Shown here one piece after another: positions 10,690-19,474 of a stretch of 64,000 bases of DNA. The stretch is from assembly GCF_000328665.1 (NCBI RefSeq), contig NC_019972.1, positions 1 through 64,000 on the forward strand. Direction: 5' to 3'. The stretch's first letter is position 1. Each line of letters begins with the position of its first letter. The stretch is from Methanomethylovorans hollandica DSM 15978. Its GTDB lineage: Archaea; Halobacteriota; Methanosarcinia; Methanosarcinales; Methanosarcinaceae. Made by a program: the position numbers and the translations under genes. The notes beneath the pieces were generated by a model. The model was not told the DNA's origin, ran no database searches, and was given only the letters and a program-made list of their open reading frames with translations.

Positions 10690-10995
10690 TTATGAAGGCA
10701 CATATTCGGGGGAGAGCCTGTATACTGGGAATTCCCATCCTTGAAATTCAATGTCCCGAATATGCTCAATAAGGATACCGGCATCTATCAGATATTCGGG
10801 AATGTCTTCATCTCCCCTGATATCAATTATTGTTTCATCAACCCCAATCTCTTCCTCAGGCATAATAATCGTTATGAATGTGATTGTTTTCTGAGTTTCA
10901 GCGTTTATGATACGAATAACAATTCTCCCCATTTCTGTTCGATTGATATCAGCAATACAATCCCATGGCCCATATGCAAATTCATTTGTTTCCAT
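10690..10995 (-). CDS. DUF4313-like protein (paralog of 10256..10561)
   Basis: Shares G.WDCIA, GRI.I and LIDAGI with the neighbouring ORF. Confidence 0.6.
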   Translation of the reverse strand: METNEFAYGPWDCIADINRTEMGRIVIRIINAETQKTITFITIIMPEEEIGVDETIIDIRGDEDIPEYLIDAGILIEHIRDIEFQGWEFPVYRLSPEYVPS

Positions 10996-11084
10996 ATAAT
11001 GAACCTACTATTATTGTGAATAAAAAAGATTTGGTTCCTTGGAAAAGGAACGAAAAAAAGAGAAAATCTAAAAAACAAAAGTAA

Positions 11085-11195
11085 TTAAATCGGAGCAACA
11101 GGAAACTTATTAAGGGCTTGTATTAAGCTTAATTTTTCGTTTATGTATCTTTCAATTTGGTTCTTAGCTGTTTGTTTGTACTTTCTGTCACTCAT
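11085..11195 (-). CDS. 36-aa ORF separated from its RBS by an IS insertion
   Basis: ATG abuts the IS right end; the GGTGAT RBS lies beyond the IS left end at about 12730-12735. Confidence 0.5.
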   Translation of the reverse strand: MSDRKYKQTAKNQIERYINEKLSLIQALNKFPVAPI

Positions 11196-12725
11196 GTGAA
11201 CTACTGCTCCCTGCCAGCTTTCAGCTGTCGAGGAAGGAGCTTCCTACGAGTATTTGTTTCATCTCAAGATCATCCTGTTAGGAATGATCCCGATCAACAA
11301 ACCTGTTTGTCGTAGATTATCAATTATATTTTGATAGCTTGTCCACAAAGCATTGTGTTTGAAATACCTCAAGAGAATGTTTACAGAACTATTACAATCT
11401 CTATCAAGAATGTTACCACAATAACTACATTCATAAGTTCTGTCGTTAAGTGACATATTCTTGATCGTTCCGCAAACACAACATTTCTTTGAGGTATAGG
11501 ATTCATCAATTCTTATTACTCTCTTACCCAAGCTTTCAGCTTTGTAGGTTAAGAATTGAGCAAATCTTCCTATATGTCCTGAATTATGAGTACCACGATT
11601 GGTACTCCTATCTTTTTTACTTGTTTTTGGCTTAGAAGAAGCCATTTGTTTTACATCAAGTTTACCAATGATAATAGTATTAGCATCTGTATTCTCAACA
11701 ATATTTCTGGTAATTTTATGCTGGTTATCTTTGAGTTGATTAGATGATTTTCGTTTCATCCTACCAAGGTTGTTATGCAATCGTTTCCATTTTCTGCTGT
11801 TCTTCTTACAATGGTCTCTTCGGGATTGGATCTGTTGAATTTTAGGTTCCCAGTACTTATCTGGTCGTCTATTAACTAATTCATTGAATTGACCATAAGA
11901 ATTAACCATCGTTTGTTTGATTGTACCAATATCAATAGCAAGATAACAATCATTATTACTATGCTTTACTGCAGGTATTTCATATGTAATCGAAATGTAA
12001 AAGTCATTGTCTTTCTGATAAACACTAATCTGAACAATATCAGTAGCCGTACTAAATATTCTTTCTTCAAGCAGAGTAGCAGGAAGTTCAAATATCAAAG
12101 GTATTCCAGATGGATGCTTATGAGAGAGACCAATGAAAATCTTGTCTACATCAGAATACTCTACTTCCTGTTTATGGATTCGAGTATCCATAGACTTGCT
12201 TACAAGAATATTACCTTTAGTATCAGAGATCTCAAATCCTGACTGATTATAGATCATCGTAGTGAAATACTTCTTGCCTTTGAATCCAGGAGGTCTAGCT
12301 TTGACATCCTTATTCTTTCTTAGATTGAAAAAAGACCTATAATCATTGTCTAGACACTTCAGGGTTCCCTGCAATACTTTGGAATATACCCATTTATATT
12401 CAGGAAATTGTTGTTTGAGTTCGGGTAACTTGTTCTGTTGCTGAATGTAGCTGATCTTTATTTTGTTCTTATATGCATCATGACGTTCTTTCAAACCAAA
12501 GTTATAGATAAGTCTGCACTTTTCAGATAGATTCCATAGAACAGATTCCTGTTCCAAAGTAACATCTATCTTGATTGGTAATGTCAACTGCATACAAAAA
12601 CCCATATATTATAGCGATAATAATGTATATAAGCATTAGCATGATACTGATTTTTGTAACAAAAGTATCTTTCTCATCCCCCACCTGTCGCTACGCTCCG
12701 AGGAAGGGGACTTCTCGCTTAGAAG
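11196..12725 (-). mobile_element. IS200/IS605-family TnpB-only element (IS1341-like), copy 1
   Basis: Follows TTTAA on the minus strand, ends GTAGTTCAC, has subterminal hairpins, no tnpA and no target duplication. Confidence 0.85.
11259..12593 (-). CDS. tnpB: RNA-guided endonuclease TnpB
   Basis: N-terminal HTH (CRLIYN), RuvC-I AIDIG, DESYTSKKC..C Zn finger, RuvC-III DRDCNSSVNI. Confidence 0.95.
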   Translation of the reverse strand: MQLTLPIKIDVTLEQESVLWNLSEKCRLIYNFGLKERHDAYKNKIKISYIQQQNKLPELKQQFPEYKWVYSKVLQGTLKCLDNDYRSFFNLRKNKDVKARPPGFKGKKYFTTMIYNQSGFEISDTKGNILVSKSMDTRIHKQEVEYSDVDKIFIGLSHKHPSGIPLIFELPATLLEERIFSTATDIVQISVYQKDNDFYISITYEIPAVKHSNNDCYLAIDIGTIKQTMVNSYGQFNELVNRRPDKYWEPKIQQIQSRRDHCKKNSRKWKRLHNNLGRMKRKSSNQLKDNQHKITRNIVENTDANTIIIGKLDVKQMASSKPKTSKKDRSTNRGTHNSGHIGRFAQFLTYKAESLGKRVIRIDESYTSKKCCVCGTIKNMSLNDRTYECSYCGNILDRDCNSSVNILLRYFKHNALWTSYQNIIDNLRQTGLLIGIIPNRMILR

Positions 12726-12828
12726 TTAAATCACCGGAAATTTGTTTGTCTTTTTTCCGGTGTTAGCTACCATTAGTGATGTGTAACAGCAATTATGAAA
12801 AGAACGATGCCAATAATTGTGAAGACAA

Positions 12829-13155
12829 TCATAAGCATCGCCTCACATGTGTATAGTTGATGTTACCATATGGAATAGTAATATTATTAAGTTGAGCGCG
12901 TGTACGTCCAAGGATTCTCCTCTTGGTAAGTTCTATTTTACCAATGCTATGCAGATGCAATAGCTTTTCTTTTACATTCTCCAGAGGATAGCCAGATTGC
13001 TCAAGCTCTCTCAAAATTGGTGCAATAGAAGTTTCTCTTTCCGGAATGAGGTCCATTATTTGTACTTGTGTCATTTTATTCCTCATTCTTTTGTTTGGCT
13101 TTTGGCTAGGTACAAAAAGACAAACTACAAGAGTGTCACAAGTGAACTCTATCAA
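12829..13155 (-). CDS. small hypothetical protein, probable start at MTQVQIM
   Basis: GAGG RBS and the shared upstream motif precede MTQV; possibly a winged helix. Confidence 0.5.
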   Translation of the reverse strand: MIEFTCDTLVVCLFVPSQKPNKRMRNKMTQVQIMDLIPERETSIAPILRELEQSGYPLENVKEKLLHLHSIGKIELTKRRILGRTRAQLNNITIPYGNINYTHVRRCL

Positions 13156-13262
13156 AAAAGAATAATTGGAAAGTGCGGAACTCTACGAGTATAAGTAGAG
13201 TTCCTGTTTGTTTGAGCGACAGAAGAATGTATGCAATTTTTAGAAAATAGAAATGGAGTTTT

Positions 13263-13515
13263 GCCTCCCGATAGAAACCGAGAGGCATTTTGGGAGTTGG
13301 AGTCTGTCTAAGTTAGACTCTTGCCTGGATTGGTTCCACCTGGATTTTAACCAGGTACTATGGACCCATTGGAACCATGGTGGTGGTGGGGACTCTGCTG
13401 ATATTGCTGTAAAATACAGAGTCCCTATGTGTTGGTTGGTAGTTACAAATTTTCCGAAGCATGAAGTGGACAGAAAATATTCTACCGTGGACCGGATAGA
13501 TAAATTTCATACCAC
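13263..13515 (-). ncRNA. hairpin array containing a tRNA-like acceptor+T-arm minihelix (13332-13376)
   Basis: GGTTCCA-N14-CCTGG TTAAAAT CCAGG-TGGAACC; flanking hairpins at 13389-13425, 13300-13320 and 13263-13286 with C/A-rich linkers. Confidence 0.6.
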
Positions 13516-13543
13516 TTCGATATCATATTACTACTCAAACTAT

Positions 13544-15065
13544 ATGAACTACTCCCTCCTAATCACTTTGCAGTGATTTGAGGAAGGAGCTTCCTACGAG
13601 TATTCGTATCATTTCGGTATCATTCTGGTTGGAATAACCCCGATCAACAAACCTGTTTGTCGTAGATTATCAATTGTGTTTTGATAGCTTGTCCACAAAG
13701 CATTATGTTTGAAATACCTCAAGAGAATGTTCACAGAACTATTGTAGTCTCTATCAAGAATGTTTCCACAATAACCACATTCATATGTTCTGTCATTAAG
13801 TGACATATTCTTGATAGTTCCGCAAATACAACATTTCTTTGAGGTATATGATTCATCAATTCTTATTACTCTTTTACCCAAGCTTTCAGCTTTGTAGGTT
13901 AAGAATTGAGTAAATCTTCCTATATGTCCTGAGTTATGAGTACTTCTATGAATGCTTTTTTCATATCTACTATCCTTTGGTTCACTTGAAGCCATTTGCT
14001 TTACATCAAGTTTACCTATGATTATGGTATTAGCATCCGTATTATCGATAATATTTCTGGTAATTTTGTGCTGGTTATCTTTTAACTGATTAGATGATTT
14101 TCGCTTTATCTTACCAAGGTTGTTATGAAGCCTTTTCCATTTTCTGCTGTTCTTCTGGCAATGATCTCTTCTGGATTGAATCTGTTGGATCTTAGGTTCC
14201 CAATACTTGTCTGGTCTCCTATTCTTCAACTCTGTGAATTTTCCGTAAGAATCAACCATGCTTTGTTTCGAGACACCAATATCGATAGCAAGATAAGAAT
14301 CATTGTTATTATGCTTAACATCAAGTACTTCATAAGTAATCGAAATGTAAAAGTCCTTGTCTTTCTGATAGATATTAACCTGAACTATATCAGTAGCCTT
14401 GCTGAATATTTTGTCTTCAATCAAAGTAGCAGGTAATTCGAACTTTAGTGAAACTCCAGATGGATGATTGTGTGAGAAGCCAATGTATACTTTATCCTGT
14501 TCAGAATACTCTACTTCTGGTTTGTGTATCCTGGTATCCATGGATTTGCTCACAATAACATAACCATTAGAATCAGATATTTCAAAACCAGACTGGTTAT
14601 ATAGCATAGTAGTAAAATATTTTCTACCTTTGAATCCAGGTGGTTTTGCTTTCTTATCCTTGTTATTTCTCAAATTGAAGAACGATTTGTAATTATTATC
14701 AAGACACTTCAAGGTTCCCTGTAATACCTTGGAATACACCCATCTATAATCAGGAAACTTTTTCTTAAGTTCAGGCAACTTATTCTGTAGATTAACATAA
14801 CCTATTCTAGTCTTATTTTTGTAAGCATCCTGACGTTCTCTCAGACCAAAGTTATAGATAAGTCTACATTTCTCAGATAGATCCCATAGAACAGATTTTT
14901 GTTCTGGAGTAGTATCTATCTTAATTGGTAACGTCAACAGCATATGAAAAAACCTATATCTTATAATGAGACTAAGATATTTAAGCATTAGTATCTAATG
15001 ATAATTATTATTGAATAAGACGCATTCATCTCCCAGCTTACGCAAGGAGACTTCTGCTTAATATG
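13544..15065 (-). mobile_element. IS200/IS605-family TnpB-only element, copy 2
   Basis: Follows TTTAA, ends GTAGTTCA(T); ends are homologous to copy 1. Confidence 0.85.
13609..14943 (-). CDS. tnpB: RNA-guided endonuclease TnpB (diverged paralog of copy 1)
   Basis: Same motifs as copy 1; start at MLLTLP set by alignment with MQLTLP. Confidence 0.95.
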   Translation of the reverse strand: MLLTLPIKIDTTPEQKSVLWDLSEKCRLIYNFGLRERQDAYKNKTRIGYVNLQNKLPELKKKFPDYRWVYSKVLQGTLKCLDNNYKSFFNLRNNKDKKAKPPGFKGRKYFTTMLYNQSGFEISDSNGYVIVSKSMDTRIHKPEVEYSEQDKVYIGFSHNHPSGVSLKFELPATLIEDKIFSKATDIVQVNIYQKDKDFYISITYEVLDVKHNNNDSYLAIDIGVSKQSMVDSYGKFTELKNRRPDKYWEPKIQQIQSRRDHCQKNSRKWKRLHNNLGKIKRKSSNQLKDNQHKITRNIIDNTDANTIIIGKLDVKQMASSEPKDSRYEKSIHRSTHNSGHIGRFTQFLTYKAESLGKRVIRIDESYTSKKCCICGTIKNMSLNDRTYECGYCGNILDRDYNSSVNILLRYFKHNALWTSYQNTIDNLRQTGLLIGVIPTRMIPK

Positions 15066-15102
15066 TTAAACATATGTCCAAAAATAGAAAAGTGAGGTAT
15101 TG

Positions 15103-15483
15103 GCTCCGGGTTGGAGATGCCCGGAGCTGGATTTAGATATTATTTGGATAGGAGAAAGACATTAATAAGGAGGTCTTTCTCCTTGGGGAGTCTGGGGGTA
15201 GGTTCCATCTGGAATTCAACCAGCCGTGGAACCACATAGGAAGTGGAGAGCCTGCAGGAGAACAGACTCTCTAGCTGTGGGTTCCGGCAGGACTTGAACC
15301 AGCTAACCAGCAAGGAGGTATCTGGCATCGGAACCATTTGATTTTCATCTTTTTGTTTGCCTTTTTGTGTGGTGGAAGGAGGACTGCATCCACTACAGGC
15401 CTCCTTTATGGTTGTGTGTTGGGTGGTACGTTCCTAAAACGGGGTCCTTTCCGGACTTGAACCGGATGTAGATTTTAAGGACC
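15103..15483 (-). ncRNA. hairpin array with three tRNA-like acceptor+T-arm minihelices
   Basis: 7-bp acceptor, 5-bp T stem and 7-nt loop at 15443-15483, 15280-15335 and 15201-15233; four further hairpins in the same span. Confidence 0.65.
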
Positions 15484-15531
15484 ACATTGATTCCATTTAT
15501 TTGTTTGCCTTTTTTTTGAATATTTGGAGGA

Positions 15532-15771
15532 TTAATCCTCCAATTCGCTGTAATCACAATATTCTAAATCCGGTTTTTCAAGCTCATGGAGTTCTCTTAA
15601 TTCTTCCTGGATGAGCTTTGGATCAAAGAAGTCCAGTTCTGCAAGTTGTTCATCAATACCAGCGATGTCTTCACTGATTTCAATGTGTTCTTTTTCAGTT
15701 ATTGCTTGATTGGACTTTTCTATAAGCTGTTCTCTCTTTTCGATTAGTTCTATTCTATCCATTTGAATCAC
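15532..15771 (-). CDS. small acidic hypothetical protein
   Basis: ORF with a GTGA RBS-like site and the shared upstream motif. Confidence 0.6.
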   Translation of the reverse strand: MIQMDRIELIEKREQLIEKSNQAITEKEHIEISEDIAGIDEQLAELDFFDPKLIQEELRELHELEKPDLEYCDYSELED

Positions 15772-15807
15772 ACTAATCTGTTTGCTTTTTTTTGAAAATT
15801 AAATGGA

Positions 15808-16227
15808 TTAGATCATTAAAGTATAGTTGAATACATCAGTTTTTGGATTGCTAACAGTTATAGCAAGCTGAAATCCAGCTTGTAGATCATTCCGGTTTCC
15901 ATCGGTTCCCAAAATAACTTGGTCGGGAAACATTTCTTGAAGAAGGAACAGACAGGCTACAACAACCTTATCATAATGTTTTTTCCTGGTCTTACATGAA
16001 AACATTCCTGCATGATTTGGTTTTACGGTAAATGGATCACATGAATTATATGCGAATCCATTCAAAACGATTGATTTTTCAGTTACCAGCGTTTTCATTT
16101 TCCAGGGATCTTTTCCCGAAAGTACAACATTTGTACTTTCAACAATTTGTTTTACTTTTTCGGAATATGATTTGAATTTTTCTCTATCCAGTTCTCCATT
16201 AATTGTCCAATAGTGAGTAAATCCCAT
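15808..16227 (-). CDS. hypothetical protein of MGxTHYW...CKTxxKxYD type
   Basis: GGTGA RBS; resembles, from recall only, a hypothetical family seen in phages and plasmids. Confidence 0.65.
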   Translation of the reverse strand: MGFTHYWTINGELDREKFKSYSEKVKQIVESTNVVLSGKDPWKMKTLVTEKSIVLNGFAYNSCDPFTVKPNHAGMFSCKTRKKHYDKVVVACLFLLQEMFPDQVILGTDGNRNDLQAGFQLAITVSNPKTDVFNYTLMI

Positions 16228-18024
16228 CTTAAATCACCACTAACATTGTTTGCTTTTTTGTCTCGATGCTATAGATGTTATCTTTTGATATACACAAATG
16301 GTAGACAAACAGTATCAACTGATTGAACTATTTGAACTAGAAATATGACTAAATATTAAAGAAACATACATGGAATCAGCAATCAACATTTAAATTTTAA
16401 CTACAATAAAATCATATATTATTTAACTGTAAGAGCTACAGAAATCTAGTAAATTCAGATTCACAGTTTAAATAAAATACAGAATTTATTACAATCAACA
16501 CTGCAATTTTATTAAGCCATTCAACAAAAAACTAGTAAAATGTTCTGGCGTATAAATGGCTCTATTTTTGTTCGTAACTTCTATAATTATCATGTATAAT
16601 GGATTGATAAAATTTATACTCTTTACAATGCCAAATTTCTAAATTTCTGCATGTTCTCAGCAAACTACCTTAATAAGTATCATGTCGATTTTATGAATAA
16701 TTGAATTGTATCCTATACAAGAAAAAGTTAATTTAAACGAATTAATTGATGTAACTACTACATAAAATGATTATGTCTTAAAACACGCAATTTTCACTAT
16801 GTTCTACTAATCATCATTATTTTCATTCAAATCCTTAAAATTAAATGTATGTTTGTAATGACAAGTGACTAAAATAATTTATGTCATAAAAAAACTAAAC
16901 TATACTGTATTGCCAATCTTAAAGACAAATGGTACTAAATTTCTTAAAAGAACCAATTAATAAAAGTAGTTATATTAGATACTTATTATACATGTTTAAT
17001 GTCCCAAAACAAAGTTTAATTCAATATTCAATATACTTTTAGTGTATATACTTGTTAAAACCGACTCGTTTTTAGATCCATCTTTATTTTATCTATTAAA
17101 ATCGTAACAGTAGATTATATAATTAATTTTAAAAGACCCGCTTAACCTCAGAATACAAAACCGTAAAAATTAATACATTTTTTTACTAGAGTCTATTAAT
17201 TCATAGTATAGTTAAATAGCAAAAAAATAAAAATTAATATTTAAATATTAAAGTAAAAAATATATCTTAAAAAATATGTACATACTTAATTAGTACAACT
17301 TCCTCAAAACAGTAATAAACTCAAAAGATGTACAATGTTTCCAATACAAACCAACTATACTAAAAACATACTTTGAACCAATAATATAAATGAACACTTG
17401 TTTTAAGATAGCTATCTGATTCCTAAGAAGAAGTTTCTTCAAAACAAAAGGAACTCTTTCATTTATTACACAAAAAGATTAAATAAAAACAACATGTACC
17501 ATCTTTTAAAATCATCTCATGTAAGGTAAACAATCACAATTTATCGATAAAAAAATAAAATTCATAAACATATAAATCAAAATAATCATTCTTTCATCCT
17601 TTCTAAAAATGGAATTTATGATGAAAGACAGATCTATTTTAAGGAAAAACCTTCAAATTATCACACTATCCATATTCCAGTTCTATTATTTTCTTATTAT
17701 TCTTCTAGTTGAAGCTCTAGCCTACTTCACAAATAAAATTACTCGAGTACCCAAAAAAGACAAACAAAAACATCACTTAACTTTGTAAATATGGTCTCCA
17801 AAAAAACACCCCAAAAATGACCAAAAATTCGCCTAAAAAATGCTCCAAAATTTGTCTAAATTTGCCAGTCCAACATTCTCAATTTTCCGGAAATCTATTA
17901 ACTAGATTAGGTCAGGGTAGTTTCAACAGTTCACACTGTTACTCATCAAAAAAGAGCAGATTGTAAAACTCGCGTAATACCCTATTTTTCCAGTTAAAAT
18001 ATGAGACTTGTCATAATAGATAAC

Positions 18025-18032
18025 TTTATATA
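18025..18032 (+). promoter_or_regulatory. archaeal TATA box (TTTATATA) upstream of the structured-RNA candidate
   Basis: Consensus TATA about 30 nt before a GC-richer, highly paired island. Confidence 0.5.
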
Positions 18033-18057
18033 TGAAAAAGCAACTAAAAATGTATTA

Positions 18058-18352
18058 CCAGAGAAAAAATCTTTGGGGTCCTATGACCAATCGCACAATA
18101 ATCCGAGAAGACTGAGTTTCCCCAATCTCCTAGATTTCCACCGGCTCGAGGTGAGTTCTTTGCGAGGGCTTGATCAATCCGTTCCCGATGGTCGCTAGTT
18201 ACTTCGGTTTCTAGCTTCACAGAAAAATGGATAAGGCACAAAGGTCCGATGGTCGTTGACTACTTCGGTTATCAGCCTCACAGGAATATGTGCAGCGAGT
18301 GATGGAGACACTCATAGAAGATTCCGGGGTTAATCCCCCGGGATCTTCTCTT
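18058..18352 (+). ncRNA. candidate ~290-nt structured non-coding RNA with two repeated UUCG-capped domains
   Basis: Domains at 18177-18232 and 18236-18293 show compensatory changes; terminal stem at 18316-18349; GC-richer than the flanks. Confidence 0.65.
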
Positions 18353-19474
18353 CTCAAACGCAACAAATTTAATTACAGTTAATTAAAATAAGTTAGCTAA
18401 GTACATTCTAAAAGAAATCCGAATTTTTATACTCAATATGTAAAAATGCTATTATCCACACATGTGGATATAATTACTCGGCACAAGATTTATTATTACA
18501 CAGTTCCTTTTACGTAAAAGATATTCTAAAGAATTAAAATATATTTTCTTAAATTAAAATCAATTTCTAGTATACGATTAGTTTCATCATCACATTTAGA
18601 CTTATCAAATTATCTACTAAAAAATCGAATTAATACTACGTAGTTTAACTAGCAGAAATTCTTGATATATAGAAAATACTCCCAGTTTAACAATATGAAT
18701 AAAATATGAATGCTTAAAATCCTGAAAAATCCGAATATGGACAGTTACAATTCACAACGATTTGATATTAATAAATTAATACTCAAAATTAATCCAATAC
18801 GCATTTTAAAAAAGTAAGACAAATTTAAATTCAAATACACAGTTCAAAATAAATATACCCTATTCTAATCAAATTAAAAAACATACTTCGCTGTTTTTTT
18901 TACTATTCCTTTTTGCTATAAATTTAGATCTCAAAATGATAAAACAATACCTTTAGAAAAATCAAATCAATATCCAAAACATATTTAGATAATTTTTAGA
19001 TATACAAATAACAAGACACATTTTCACATGTGTAAATTCACACACCAATGTCTCCAAAATTTAATATTGTATAATGTTAACTAATTGTGCTGACATAACC
19101 ACTAAATTATTTAATGTGCTAAATTATCAGGGAATCATTTAGAGCAAAACAACTCGAAAAAACAGAATATAACTTTTCAAATATGTTCGCGTTTTCTGCT
19201 GTATATTTGTTAAAGTTGTGTGTCCGTTACAAATAACAATGTATAACTTATATTAGATTTGATCCGATAGTACATACATAATATATAAACAAAAACTATC
19301 ATTTTATTTATAAATAAATCATCTTACACTATCTAAAACAACCACCACGATGTATAAATATAATCCAAACAATTTATATTTGAACATTGAAAATACTGGT
19401 GAATAACTTCACACAAACATAACAAAATATATACTACAGATAGTTGGAAACTTTTTTTGTAGGGATGTCTTATA

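Noticed and set aside
15140..15337. 65-aa ORF (also 13253..13576 +, 18001..18198 + and 18044..18241 -)
   Set aside because: These overlap strongly paired GC-richer RNA-like regions, lack a clear RBS and are best explained as chance ORFs.
13332..15483. Genuine tRNA genes or an attL/attR tRNA fragment
   Set aside because: No D arm or 7-nt anticodon loop; each unit has both acceptor strands 33-56 nt apart, unlike an att-derived 3' fragment; no integrase nearby. Split-tRNA halves would not carry both acceptor strands.
2628..16259. Classical conjugative leading region next to an oriT at 16.3-19.4 kb
   Set aside because: Gene content fits, but the genes point away from the tract, opposite to the usual bacterial leading-region orientation, and no oriT is demonstrable.
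18177..18293. Hammerhead ribozyme, fluoride riboswitch or box C/D RNA
   Set aside because: CCGAUGG is not CUGAUGA, the required partner motifs are missing, and no gene lies directly downstream.
18452..18460. Perfect bacterial DnaA box TTATCCACA
   Set aside because: Single copy in an archaeal context and part of a palindrome; probably coincidental.
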